The notes under the pieces: model-generated
Database searches by the model: none
Seen by the model: only the letters and a program-made list of their open reading frames with translations
What the model was told of the DNA's origin: nothing
Part shown: positions 34,181 through 45,203 of the stretch, piece after piece
Numbering within the stretch: the first letter of the stretch is position 1
Layout of the letters: each line of letters opens with the position of its first letter
Position numbers and translations under genes: made by a program
Assembly (NCBI GenBank): GCA_001724265.1
Contig: MEDY01000156.1
Coordinates: 1-60,580, forward strand
Reading direction: 5' to 3'
Source of the DNA: Rhizaria sp. SCN 62-66
Lineage: Eukaryota
DNA length: 60,580 nucleotides

Positions 34181-37100
34181 TTACGCCTTGGGGATGCCGT
34201 AATAGACCATGACGAGCACGCGGACGGGGCAGATCTGGCCGGCCAGGCGCTCCACGTCGACGAAGAGCTGGAACCGGGGCTGCATGGCGTCGGGGAAAGC
34301 GAGCAAGTCGGCGCACTGCGTGCGGATCTGGTCGCCGATGCGGTTCGCGTCCGTGTGCTTGAAGTGGAAGAGGCGCTCCTGATACTCGATGCCGTCCTTG
34401 AGGTTGCGCATCACCTTTGCGCGCAGCTTGTTGGCCGCCTTGGCCGGGTTCTCGCGCAGCCGCGCAAGCGCCGTGGGGTCCGCGCCACGGTCGGCGTCGA
34501 GCATGCGCAGCGACTCGTCGCGCATGCCCAGGCGCTGCTCCGACTGCAGGCGCTGGCGCGCATAATCCTCGGCCGTCTCAAGGCCGACGACGGTGCCCGA
34601 GAAGTCGAACTTGTCGAAGTACACCGTCTCGAACTGGTGCAGGTAGGACCGGTGCGTCACGAGGCCGTCCTTGAGCCGCGCCGTCATGTCCGCCGCCAGC
34701 GCGATGATCTCGCGCTCCGGGGCCAGGATCGACACGATGGCGCGCTCCTTAAAGAAGGGCGCGAGCGCGTTGAACTCAAAGCATTCGTGCCACGAGGCCT
34801 CGGAGAACTCGACCCAGCGCTTCTCGCGGTCCAGCTCGTACATGATCACCTCGGGGTTGGCGTGCTGCAGGTTCGCAAACAGACACTCGTGGTTGAACAC
34901 GACGTCGATCGACTCGTAGGGCGTCACGCGGCGCTTCGGCCGGCCGTCGGTGGCCTCCCAGAACTTGTCCTTGGGGTCCGGAAAGCGCGTCTCTTGCTCC
35001 TGGAGGAATTCGCGGAGCAGCGCGAGGCGGTGCTGCGCACCTTCACGGTCGACCTCGACCTGCGCCTCGACCTGTGCGCTATACACGGAGCCCGAGACGG
35101 CACCTGTGGAGACCTGCACGGGCGCGTCAGAGACGAGGTCGAGCAGCGCCGCGTCGTCATCGGGGTTGAACTTGCCCAGCTCTTCCTCCATCTTGCGGCC
35201 CACTCTGTCCCACGACATGTCCTTGAGCGGTTTGCCGTCAGGGCCCAGCTTCTCCACGGGGGCGCCGTCCTCGCCCGTGGCGCCGTCGCCGTTCTCGGCC
35301 AGCGTCGCGCCCACGCGCGTCTTCTTGAACGCGTCCTCCTCGGCCTTGATCTTCTCGGCGCGCGCCACGTCGTGCTGGTATACGCGCGAGAAGCGCGGGC
35401 CTTCGAGAGCGAAGGTCTCTCCCGACTTGAGCTCCCAGAAGCGCACCACGGGCCGCTTCTGGTGCGGGAACAGCTCCTGCGTCATGACCCAGACGTGCGG
35501 CACAGGCAGCGAGCCCTTCTTGGTGCGCGCGGTGCCGATGCACACGAACGCGTTGAACTGGTCCTTGGGGAGGCCGAGCCCAGTGAGGAAGTTGCACAGC
35601 AGCACGGCGTGGTCCTTGACGTCACCGCGCTTCTTCTCGAAAAAAAAGTATGGGTCGGCCCAGACCCAGACGTCGTTGTGGAGGATGGGCGAGCAGGGGT
35701 CGCCCGACGCGATCGCGCGCTTGCGCTTGGCGTCGTCGGCCTCGACCATGGGCTTCTGCGCGACCTCCATGGAGAAGACGTAGTAGAAGATCTCCGACAG
35801 GTCCTTCATGTTGGCCGGCGGGTGCATGGGCTTGAGGAACGTGGGCAGGAAGTGGAACTCGCCGGTGTACTCGTCCTTGCCGAAGAAGGAGAAAAAGCGC
35901 CGGTCACGGTTCTCGACGTGGCGCAGCGACTCGTTCCACAGCGCACGCGCGCGGGAGAACTGCTGGAAGCGCTTGCGCTCGGCCAGCGCCACGGGCGTCT
36001 CTTTCTTCTCGGCGTTGATGCGCCGGTTGTCGATGTTGAAGCTGTCGACGCGGTCGAAGTACATCATCACCTCGAGGTACTTGTGCTCGGCCTCGAGCAG
36101 CTTCTTGCTCTCGCGCGAGCGCCGGTCCTCGGCGACCTGCGTGTAGGGCACCTCGAGCGGCAACTTGGCCTCGTAGACCAGGTGGTGGACCTTGGCGTCG
36201 GAGCTGAAGGTCACGATGCTCTTTTCCTCGCGCTTCTCGTACACGGTGCGGAAGTCGACCTCTGCGAAGCCAAGCACGGAGCGCGAGAGCCCTTCCTCGT
36301 CCCAGATCGAGAGCGTGATCTTGCTGTTGCGCGCCTGCTCGGGGAAGTCCTCGTAGCGCCGCGGGAGTCCGTTCTCGTCGCGGATCTTGAAGAAGACGTC
36401 GTAATCCCAGTACGGGGAGACAGAGTTGATGACGGTCTTGGTGCGCTTCTGGATGCCGAGCCACTCGACGCTGACGCACGGGTTGAGCATCTCCTTGAAG
36501 TCGTCGACGGAGCTGAGGCCCTTTGCGCGGATGATCTTGACGACGAGGAACGTGGCCGCGTCCCGCGACTGCGTGAACGAGAGCAGCGCGGACCGCCGCG
36601 CGGGGTCAACTGAGCCCTGCTGCCGGTGGCGCGGCACCGTGTCGCAGGTCACCACGCCCGACAGAGACATGTTGACGAAGCGCTCCTTCTTGTTGAGATC
36701 GTCGCGCAGACGCTGCTCCTCGCTGGCGTTCTTGCTCAGCTCGAAGCCGAGCGCCGAGTAGCCCGAGCGGCAGCAGTTGCACGTGGGGCCGAAGCAGACC
36801 TGCGTGAGGGAGAAGCACGAGTACAGGCACGCGCGCGTGAGGCTGCCACAACAGTACAGCGAGCAGGCCTCGCGCCGCACGTTAAGGTGCGTGAGAATGT
36901 ACCCGTAGTCGAGCGTGCCCTGCAGCGGCACGCGCGTCTGCGCGACCGTGGTGTAGCAGCAAAGGCGACCGCCGCAGATGCCCTTGTTCCAGCGGATGTC
37001 GAGCTCTTCGTCCTCGAGCCAGTTGCGCGTGCCGGGGTACGTCAGCACGGCGACGGCGTCTTTGCCGGCACCAGAGAAGGTCTTGAGGTTGTTCCGCACT

Positions 37101-38014
37101 TCGAGCGAGGCGTAGTCGGTGCGCAGGCAGCACAGCAGCGCGTTGCAGAGCGTCTGCGTAAACGAGGCCTGCGAGCGCGCAACGAAGAACTCGAGGCGCG
37201 TGCTGTAGCACGGTGAGGGGCAGTCCGAGTCGATAACGCGGCGCTTGGCCTCGATCTCCTCCTTGGTGTAGCTCAGGTCCCAGTTCTGGAATTTGATGTG
37301 GAACTGGAACCACTCTTGCAGCTCGCACTTGAAGCGCACCACACACACCGTTTCCTCGCGCGCAGTGCCACCGCGCTTGCGGATGTCGAGCGCGCGGTCC
37401 ACCTTACTGTCGGCGATGTCGAGGAAGCGTTCGCGGGCCTCGCCGACGAGCATGTTGCCGCCGATCACGCGCGACGTCCATACGCGCACCGTCACGTACT
37501 CATTCAGCAGGTCCGCGTAGGAACCGTGCCAGTAGCCGTCGATGCGGTCGAAGTTAAACTTCTCAGTGTTTTTGGCCTTGATGACGCGCTTCTGGTACGA
37601 CATGTAGCGCATGATGGGCGGCTTCTTGACGCGCAGCATCTTGAGGTTCACGGCCTCGAGCACCTCCTTCTCTTCCACCGTGCCGTCGGGCTTGCGGTGC
37701 TTCTTCATGCGGGGCTTCTCGATCACCTCTTCGGTCTCGTCCTCGATCGACTGGCCGCCAATCTCGAACTCAATGAAGCACTGGTCGATCTTAGCCTCAC
37801 ATGTGACTGCGATCTTGTCCACCGCGAAGTGGAAGGTGCGCAGCTTCGTCTCCTCGTCCTCCACGTCCACCTCGGGGATGCCCGCGGCAACCGCGGCCGC
37901 CGCGCCGGGGGTCATGGCGTCGTAGTCGGCCTCGGCGTTGGGCGAGTTGGCGGTAGCGCTGGCGCTCGTCGGAGACGGCTGCGGGCCGTCGTTGTCCTCG
38001 CCGCGGGAGCTCAT
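34181..38014 (-). CDS. C2-domain protein with CEP76/CC2D2A-like transglutaminase-fold C-terminus (1277 aa, intronless)
   Basis: C2 (FLVVKIIRAKGL...NPCVSVEWLGIQKRTKTVINSVSPYWD...ITLSIWDE...VLGFAEVDF) followed by KRGDVKDHAVLLCNFL, AFVCIGT, HVWVMT, RFWE, PYESIDVVFNHECLFANLQ, paralleling CEP76 GDCEDHA.LLC / AFVCVGT / HAWVMT / FWE / PYRTIGCVFNH; stop TAA. Confidence 0.8.
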   Translation of the reverse strand: MSSRGEDNDGPQPSPTSASATANSPNAEADYDAMTPGAAAAVAAGIPEVDVEDEETKLRTFHFAVDKIAVTCEAKIDQCFIEFEIGGQSIEDETEEVIEKPRMKKHRKPDGTVEEKEVLEAVNLKMLRVKKPPIMRYMSYQKRVIKAKNTEKFNFDRIDGYWHGSYADLLNEYVTVRVWTSRVIGGNMLVGEARERFLDIADSKVDRALDIRKRGGTAREETVCVVRFKCELQEWFQFHIKFQNWDLSYTKEEIEAKRRVIDSDCPSPCYSTRLEFFVARSQASFTQTLCNALLCCLRTDYASLEVRNNLKTFSGAGKDAVAVLTYPGTRNWLEDEELDIRWNKGICGGRLCCYTTVAQTRVPLQGTLDYGYILTHLNVRREACSLYCCGSLTRACLYSCFSLTQVCFGPTCNCCRSGYSALGFELSKNASEEQRLRDDLNKKERFVNMSLSGVVTCDTVPRHRQQGSVDPARRSALLSFTQSRDAATFLVVKIIRAKGLSSVDDFKEMLNPCVSVEWLGIQKRTKTVINSVSPYWDYDVFFKIRDENGLPRRYEDFPEQARNSKITLSIWDEEGLSRSVLGFAEVDFRTVYEKREEKSIVTFSSDAKVHHLVYEAKLPLEVPYTQVAEDRRSRESKKLLEAEHKYLEVMMYFDRVDSFNIDNRRINAEKKETPVALAERKRFQQFSRARALWNESLRHVENRDRRFFSFFGKDEYTGEFHFLPTFLKPMHPPANMKDLSEIFYYVFSMEVAQKPMVEADDAKRKRAIASGDPCSPILHNDVWVWADPYFFFEKKRGDVKDHAVLLCNFLTGLGLPKDQFNAFVCIGTARTKKGSLPVPHVWVMTQELFPHQKRPVVRFWELKSGETFALEGPRFSRVYQHDVARAEKIKAEEDAFKKTRVGATLAENGDGATGEDGAPVEKLGPDGKPLKDMSWDRVGRKMEEELGKFNPDDDAALLDLVSDAPVQVSTGAVSGSVYSAQVEAQVEVDREGAQHRLALLREFLQEQETRFPDPKDKFWEATDGRPKRRVTPYESIDVVFNHECLFANLQHANPEVIMYELDREKRWVEFSEASWHECFEFNALAPFFKERAIVSILAPEREIIALAADMTARLKDGLVTHRSYLHQFETVYFDKFDFSGTVVGLETAEDYARQRLQSEQRLGMRDESLRMLDADRGADPTALARLRENPAKAANKLRAKVMRNLKDGIEYQERLFHFKHTDANRIGDQIRTQCADLLAFPDAMQPRFQLFVDVERLAGQICPVRVLVMVYYGIPKA

Positions 38015-39054
38015 TGCGGAAGCAAAGGCAGACGTACAAGCAGGAGCGCGCGGAGCGTAGGCCTGTGTTGTGTGTGTGCGGACTGTGGCTGCTGTTTGCG
38101 AGTCTCAGCAAAAGCAGGCTGTGAGCGCGAGAGAGGGAAACCTCAAGCGACCGGAGCGGGAGCGGCGGCGGCTCTGTTTGTGCGGAACAAGGCCTAGCAA
38201 AGGCCAATGTGCGCGTAAAAGAAACGATACAAGTACTTATACCCTTATGTATCGGGCTCGAGTGAATGAAGTGAGGGCTGTTGCCTGGGTAGGCGACTGT
38301 ATGCATGCGCGAGAGGAGAGCGGGCGAGAGAAAGGAGTAAAGAAGAAGGTCAGATTTAAAGCACTTGGACATAGAATTTTGAAACATGAGCATGTGCATG
38401 CAACAGAAACCACTGCGTTGTTGCATCATATGCAACTCTTGTATCTTGCAGAGACGCATGAGCTGTGCTGCGGTGATTGAGATATTTGTCATAGGTGCTC
38501 CTTTTCGAGTGTTGCATCCGCCAAGGCGGGTTACTGGGTCTACCGGGCCTGCCAGTAACCGTCCTTGATGTCCGATAGACCAAACATAGATCAAAACAAT
38601 CGCGTTTGAGATAATACCAAATATATAGAGCTACAACTAAACGCTGCGATGCTAGGCAGATGGGAATACAGCTTGCTCAGAGGCCACACTGGTGAGGTTG
38701 GCTCAATTTTTGCGAACCGGGGCAAATTACATTTCGTCATTCATCCAACGGACGACTGCCGCATCACCCCAACTTCTAAGCCGATTATCTCCACTTCCAT
38801 TCGTTATCGTCATGATTGGCAATCTTTCGCGGACTGCACGCTGCCGAAAAAACTATTTTTGTTAATCATTCTCCGAGGGAAGTTTTTTTGATCATGGACT
38901 GATCCCCTCCCTGCCATCATCCAGTTCGGTTCTCAACTCAACTCACTCTTTTGGGGCGCTCCACCACTTTCCGCCGTCGCTCTATTCGATGTTTGTACTC
39001 ATCAACGTGCTATTTCCGATGTAATGCCATTTTCTGTGCGTAGACTTAACTACA

Positions 39055-40531
39055 ATGTCTCTCGCTGATATTGTTCAGCAGGTGTACGCCGCTGTGCCCT
39101 TCAACGTCGAGCTCGGTATCATCTGCGGTTCCGGCCTCGGCGGCCTCGCCAGCGAGATTACCAACAAGATTGAGATCTCGTACAACACCATCAAGGGCTT
39201 CCCCCAGTCCGATGTCATCGGCCACGCCAATAAGCTCGTTTTCGGCGACCTCGGCGGCAAGAAGGTCGTGGCCATGCAGGGCCGCTTCCATTTCTACGAG
39301 GGCTGGAAGCCCAAGGACTGCGTTAAGGGTGTCGAGCTCATGGCCGCGCTCGGCGTCAAGGCCATCATTGTCACCAACGCTGCGGGCGGCCTTGACCGCT
39401 CGTTCAAGGTCGGCGACATCATGCTGATCGAGGACCACATCAACCTCCTCGGCCTCGCCGGCAACCACCCGCTGGTGGGCCACAACGACGACGCCATGGG
39501 CCCCCGCTTCCCCTCCACCTCCTCGGTCTACGACGCCAAGTTCGGCGAGCTCTTTGCTAAGTGCCACGCCGAGCGCAAGGAGGCCATGGGTCACGACCAC
39601 GAGCTCCGCAAGGGCTGCTACATCGGTCTTTCCGGCCCCACGTACGAGTCCCGCCACGAGGTCGAGGTACGCTACAAAGCACATCTTCTATTTGCTTAGT
39701 ATCTTAATCTCTGAAGATGAGTTCTGTACTTTACATACATGTCACGCGTGTTGTCATGTATACTATATTCAAATTTCACGGTTGGAAGCTAACATCTTTA
39801 TGCTTATTTTTGTCATATTGTACTCTGCTGCACCTCTCCAGCTCTGTCGCGTTGTTGGCGCCCACGCCTGCGGCATGTCCACCGTGATGGAGGCCGCCGC
39901 GGCCGCGCACGCTGGCCTCAAGATCCTCGGTCTGTCGCTCATCACCAACTCGTGCCTCGGCACCCACCCCGACGAGTACAACCTCCCCGAGCCCAACCAC
40001 GCCGAGGTCGTCGCCGAGACCAAGAAGTACGTGCAGGACACTAAAACATAGCTAAGCGATTCTAGTGTGACTCAATTAACACGCTTCTTCTTTCCAATGC
40101 TTAAACGTGTCTCATCTATATTTTGTTTGTTTCCGACTCTGTCTCACTCATTTCAATCTTCAACTTATCTTTTATACAACTTATCTTTTATATCATTTTG
40201 TTTCCACACTTTCAGGGTCGAGAAGTTCGTCCAGTCCGTCGTGACCACGTTCGTGTCCCAGGTCGACCTCTCTGACCGCGCCCCGGCTCAGATCTCCGCG
40301 CTCTACACCCGTGCCACCGTCGCCGAGACGGGCGCGGCCCTCGCCGCCAAGGCCGCCGCCTCGGGCTGCGCCTCCAAGTGCGACAAGCGTAAGCTTTGCC
40401 GCGGCAACATCTACAAGAAGCTCGGCTTCTTCGGCGTCACCTTCATCACCGGCCTTCTCGGCGGCCTCGCTGGCGCCGCCATCTTCGGCGCCGCGGCCTG
40501 CCGCCACAAGAACAGCGGCAACAGCCAGTAA
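39055..40531 (+). CDS. PNP: Purine nucleoside phosphorylase (trimeric type) with hydrophobic C-terminal extension; exons 39055-39666, 39842-40026, 40216-40531
   Basis: GIICGSGLGG, MQGRFHFYEG, IVTNAAGG, DHINL, GPRFP, GPTYES, GMSTV, SLITN, NHAEV; introns 39667-39841 and 40027-40215; stop TAA. Confidence 0.95.
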
Positions 40532-40902
40532 GCGGTCCACGGGCGACATTGTAGGCAAATGTGGTGGCTTGTTGTGAATGTGCTGTGAGCGCGTGATCTA
40601 GATGACAGTCAGAGATAGAGTAACAGTTTGGATAGTAAGCGTATCAAAATAAAGAATAATGCTTTTACACAACACATTCGCAGTGGTGGCGCAATTACAA
40701 TATGTTCTGAGGTCGTGTGCTACATGGTGTGTTTGAAATTAGTCGATGTATTGCAAAACGGAATCTTATTTACAACACAATTCATATTCAACTATGTAAC
40801 TCGAATTTCCTCGATTTCTTGAGTTTTAAGTTCTTAACACGTCAAGCCCTGCGACTCGAACTCGCGCTCGCGTAGCTTCAGCTTGTTTGCTTGCTCAGCC
40901 TT

Positions 40903-43900
40903 TCACTTGTTCCCCCCCATGGCGGCCGCCGCGCGCTCGCTGAGCGACGACGTCTGACTCGCGCGGCCCCAGCGCCCGCCCTTCTCGGCCGCCGCCTTAG
41001 CCGCGCGCTCGCGCTGGCGCTGCAGCTTGGCGGCGCGCGCCGCCTTGGCCGCGAGCAGGGCCATGTTCTCGCCGCGGGGGCCTGGGTAGGCGGAGATGAC
41101 TGAGCCCGCGAGCAGACGGGACGGGGCGTCGCCCTCGCCCAGCGCGGGTGGCGGCGCCGCGGCCTCGTCGGGGCCCGGCGGCGGCGCGAGATACGAGTCG
41201 CCCATGCGAGACAGGCGCAGCGGGGCGCGCAGCGGCGGCAGCTGCGGCACGGACACGGCCTGTTGAGACTGCGCCTGTGCCTGCGAGGGCGGGTGCGATA
41301 ATGCGTTGGGTAGAGACTGAGAGAGCGGGAGACCAGAGAAACCGGCGTGCATGGCGCCACCTGCTCCTGCAGTAGCACTGTTCGCACCGCTGTTGCCACT
41401 TGCAACCATGCCCATACTCGCACTGGAGCTCGAGCCGCTATCGCCGCTTGATGCAGCAGCCTGAGTCTGACTCAGCTGCCTCGCCAGCGCAACGCGGTAC
41501 GCCTCGATCGCGGCGTTATTGGTCCGCGCGATTTCCTCCGCAGAGGGCTTCGGCGGCGGCTTGCCCCTGTGGAGCGTCGGCGTTACCGTCGCGTTAGGCA
41601 CGCGGCCGTACTTCTCGTCCTTGTACCGGTTCGCGGCGTCGAGCGCGGCCTTTTTGCGCGCCGCCTGCCACTCGGCCACCGCGGCGGCCTTGAGCACGGC
41701 CACCTGCGCCTGCGCCGCGCCGGCCACGGGCGCAATCGCCGGGTCCGCCAGCGAGTAGCTCAAGTACCCCTTAGAGCCCAGCTCCACGGGCTCGGGGTTC
41801 GTGAACAAGTCGCCCACAGCAGGTCCGCCGGCAGAGGCGCCAGTGGCCCCCGCCTCGCTACTATGCATATGCGGGGCCGACGGGTGCAGGTGCAGCGTGA
41901 GCGACGCCGACGCGGGCGCGGCGGGGGTCAACGCGGCCGCAAGAGACAGAGGCACGCCATTCCACTTCGGGCCCGAAGTCACGCCGTTCCCAGCGCTCGA
42001 AGCTAAGCCGCCCGCGGGCAGCGTGGGATAGCTGGCAGTGCCAGCATTCTTGGTCGCGGCCGTGATCGCAGTCGCCGAGTACACCGGCGGCGACAGCAGC
42101 AGCGTTGTGGCCTGCGCGGACGCGGCGCCCGCGGCGGCGGCAGACGGGGGCGCCTTGCCAATCATCGTCGTCGTCGACTGGTACTGGTGGCGGCCCGCGT
42201 TCAGCGACGACTGCAGCGACGCGCCGTACAGCGCGCTGAGCGCGTGCGTCGTGAGTGTGTGGCGCTTCGTCGCTGCGTCGGCCTCGGCTGCGGCGGCGGA
42301 CGCTGCGGCTGCAGCGGCAGCGGCAGCGGCTGCGGCGGCTGCGGCTGATGCGGAGGCCTTCGAGCCACCTGGCGAGGTCAACCCGCCGTTGTACTCATCA
42401 TCGTCGTCGTCGTTGTTGTTTCTGCTGTTCTCTGAGCCATCACTGTTGCCGTCGTCGTCGTCATCGTCCCCCGCAGTGGCCGCCGCGGCGGCAGCAGCGG
42501 CCGCGGACGCCGCGCGACCGCCGCGCCCAGCCCCGACGCGGCCAGCGCCGCCACGCTTGCCGCCGCCATGCGCCTGCTGGCCCGGCTGCCACTGCGCACC
42601 CGGCGCCTGCGCGGCTGCGGACGAGAGCGCGGCGGCGGCGGCCGCAGCGGCGTAGTCGTCGTAGTCGCGCTCGAGCTTGCTCTGCACGTACGCGCGCATG
42701 TTGGCCGGGATGGCGACGCCGATGTGGCGCAGATGGCCGTCGACGTGACGCATCTTAGCGTCAAGCGCGGCCATCGCCGCCTGCGAGCGCGCGGACGCGT
42801 GCGCCTGCATCGTGTGGACGTTGACGTTCGACGCCGCCGCCTTGGCCAGCGCGGCCGAGCCCGCCGCCGCGGCCGCGATCACGTTGTAGTCGAGCGGGGC
42901 CGGGACCGCGCTAGCGCCCGGCGCGGCGGCGGCCACGGCGGCCGCGGTCGCGGCGGCCACGGCGGCCGGCACTGGCAACAGCTTGTCGTACGCCGCAACG
43001 AGCGTGTGGTGCGTGTCCGAGGACATGTAAGTGCCCGGCGCAGCAGAGTCTAAGGGGTACGGCGTCGAGAAGCGGTCGCGGCGGGTCGCGGTCGCCGCGG
43101 CGGCCACGGCGGCGGCGGCGACTGCGGCTGCGGCGGCACCGCGGATGCGGCGTTCGCGGCGCTTTTGCCTCCGCTGCTGCTGCTTGTTGCCGCTACTCAA
43201 TTGCGACGGAGACTGCGATTGACTGAAGAAGTCGCCAGCGTTGGCCAAGTCGTCTTTGTCGTCGATGCTGGCGTTGTTATTGCGCTGCTGTTCCTGGCCC
43301 TGGCGCAGCGCCGCCAAGCCGCGACGGGCGTAGATGCGCGCGAGCTGCTTTTCCGACAAGCGGGCAGCAACCTTCTTCGGTCCAGTCCCCACAGCTCTCG
43401 CACCAGCACCAGCAGCGGAGGCGCTACTGCCCGCGCTTCTGGCGTAGGAGGCGGCGCCGGCGACAGCAGTGCCCGTCTTCGTGCCGTTGACCGACAGAGC
43501 GTCGCCGCCGCCGCCGTTGGCGGGCCCAGCGCCGCTCCCCGCGCCCTCGCCGGCGTCACCGTGCGGCTGGCCCGTCTGCAGCAGCTGCTGCTGCTGCGCG
43601 GCGAGCGCGACGGCGGACGCGGCCGACACCGCCGCGACGGCCGCGCCCGCGCCGTGCGAGCCGTAGAGCGCGTTCACGGCCGCGGGGGGCACAAAGGCGG
43701 CGAACTCGGCAAAGGCGGGCGGGACAACGGCCGTGGCGGCGGGTCGCTGCAACAGCATCGGGCCGTCGCTGGGTGTGCGGCCATGTGCGTCGGCCGCGAT
43801 CGCCGCCAGTGCAGTCTCAGCAGTGAACGTCGGCGTCGGCGGGCTCGTCGTGTCGCCGGTGTAGCCGATGGCGGCGCTGTTCACGTTGAGGCTTGCGTTA

Positions 43901-44877
43901 GAGCCGGCGTTAAAGCTAGATGAAGAGGATGAGGAGGATGATGACTCGATGACCTTCATCTTGGTCAGGTCCGACAGGTACACGGGGATAAACACACCCT
44001 CCGTGGCCTTCTTCACGCGCGCCACGTCCGCGGCAACCCCCGCGACGGCGCCGAAGGTCAGCCCGGGCGCGCGGCGGCGCATGAGTGCGGCCGAGGCCCA
44101 GTCTGCGGGCGCGGCGAGTGTGCTGGCGCCCGCCGTGTGCGCGACTGCGGTGTGCGGGTGCGTTGTCACGAGCCGCGGCGTCGGCCGCGACGACGAGTAC
44201 GTCGCAGACAGGGCCGCGGTCGCCGCGGCCGCGGCAGAGGACGCCGAAAAGGACGGCGCGGCGGGCTCGTAGTAGGTGGCGGCGCGCGAGCTGGAGCTGG
44301 AGCAGCGCGCGTCGGCAGCGAAACCACCACCGCCGCCGCCGAAGCCGTTGCTGCTGCTGCTGTTCGAGGTGAGAAAGTGGGTCCGCGGGGCCACGGGGGA
44401 CGCGTGTGCCGAAAAGCCTCCGTGTCCGTGCGAGTGCGCAGCGCTCCTGCCTGTGAGCGTCCGTCGCGTCGACGCAGTCGAGGCCGAAGTAGCCGAGACA
44501 GGGGCTTGGTCCGAGTCAACCGTGTCTGCGCTCTCGGCGACCGTGTCGGGGTCGGCCAGCGCCGCCGTGAACGCAAACGCGCCCGCGGACTGGTACACGC
44601 GGGCGCGGACGCGCTCGGAGATCGAGCTGGGCTGGTTCGAGGAGGCAGCGTTTGCAGCAGCGGCGGCGGCGGCGGCGGCCGCCGCTGTGGAGGTCAGGGG
44701 ACGGGAGGAGGATGAGGTTGACATGGGCGAGCGGAGGCCGGTCATGCTAGGAGAGGCAAGGCCACTCGGGAAGGTCGGACGAGGGCTCGACGGTAAGTTG
44801 TCATGGGGCGCAAAGGCCAGGCTGGATGTCCGGGCGACTGCAGGCATGGCTGCAGTGCCAGGCGCGGCGGCCGACAT
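40903..44877 (-). CDS. Ala/Ser-rich low-complexity hypothetical protein (1324 aa, intronless)
   Basis: Long ATG-to-TGA frame with coding-like codon use; no domain recognised. Confidence 0.75.
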   Translation of the reverse strand: MSAAAPGTAAMPAVARTSSLAFAPHDNLPSSPRPTFPSGLASPSMTGLRSPMSTSSSSRPLTSTAAAAAAAAAAANAASSNQPSSISERVRARVYQSAGAFAFTAALADPDTVAESADTVDSDQAPVSATSASTASTRRTLTGRSAAHSHGHGGFSAHASPVAPRTHFLTSNSSSSNGFGGGGGGFAADARCSSSSSRAATYYEPAAPSFSASSAAAAATAALSATYSSSRPTPRLVTTHPHTAVAHTAGASTLAAPADWASAALMRRRAPGLTFGAVAGVAADVARVKKATEGVFIPVYLSDLTKMKVIESSSSSSSSSSFNAGSNASLNVNSAAIGYTGDTTSPPTPTFTAETALAAIAADAHGRTPSDGPMLLQRPAATAVVPPAFAEFAAFVPPAAVNALYGSHGAGAAVAAVSAASAVALAAQQQQLLQTGQPHGDAGEGAGSGAGPANGGGGDALSVNGTKTGTAVAGAASYARSAGSSASAAGAGARAVGTGPKKVAARLSEKQLARIYARRGLAALRQGQEQQRNNNASIDDKDDLANAGDFFSQSQSPSQLSSGNKQQQRRQKRRERRIRGAAAAAVAAAAVAAAATATRRDRFSTPYPLDSAAPGTYMSSDTHHTLVAAYDKLLPVPAAVAAATAAAVAAAAPGASAVPAPLDYNVIAAAAAGSAALAKAAASNVNVHTMQAHASARSQAAMAALDAKMRHVDGHLRHIGVAIPANMRAYVQSKLERDYDDYAAAAAAAALSSAAAQAPGAQWQPGQQAHGGGKRGGAGRVGAGRGGRAASAAAAAAAAATAGDDDDDDGNSDGSENSRNNNDDDDDEYNGGLTSPGGSKASASAAAAAAAAAAAAAAASAAAAEADAATKRHTLTTHALSALYGASLQSSLNAGRHQYQSTTTMIGKAPPSAAAAGAASAQATTLLLSPPVYSATAITAATKNAGTASYPTLPAGGLASSAGNGVTSGPKWNGVPLSLAAALTPAAPASASLTLHLHPSAPHMHSSEAGATGASAGGPAVGDLFTNPEPVELGSKGYLSYSLADPAIAPVAGAAQAQVAVLKAAAVAEWQAARKKAALDAANRYKDEKYGRVPNATVTPTLHRGKPPPKPSAEEIARTNNAAIEAYRVALARQLSQTQAAASSGDSGSSSSASMGMVASGNSGANSATAGAGGAMHAGFSGLPLSQSLPNALSHPPSQAQAQSQQAVSVPQLPPLRAPLRLSRMGDSYLAPPPGPDEAAAPPPALGEGDAPSRLLAGSVISAYPGPRGENMALLAAKAARAAKLQRQRERAAKAAAEKGGRWGRASQTSSLSERAAAAMGGNK

Positions 44878-45203
44878 GTTGTACAGACCGCTTTAGAGGA
44901 AGGCAGAAAACAAGAGGAAAAGTTTAATAAAGGATTAATATACACGCGAAATTTTTCAAATTCATACTCTAGCTGCATTTGCACTGACGGAAGTGTGAAT
45001 GAGATGTACGCGAGTAACGACAGCCAACTTCGGAAACGCTCGCTGTCGCCCGACTTCCTCTGGCGCCTCACTGTGCAACGATTTTACATCTATATCTCGC
45101 TATAAACATCGTCGCATAGACTGCATGCACAATATCCATATGATATTTGCGATTTTAACTCGACTCACGGGATTATTCTTCTTGTGCACTATGTCTCTGC
45201 AGC

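Noticed and set aside
34094-36613. Long antisense ORFs (839 aa here; also 7571-8995, 19700-21373, 32332-33573, 53463-55112)
   Set aside because: They mirror real genes on the other strand; strong C/G-ending codon bias removes antisense stops, and the translations have no recognisable motifs.
40049-40051. ORF-track stops at TAG in PNP (39697-39699, 40049-40051) and FDPS (4419-4417)
   Set aside because: All lie inside introns after a GTACG donor; the true gene ends are TAA.
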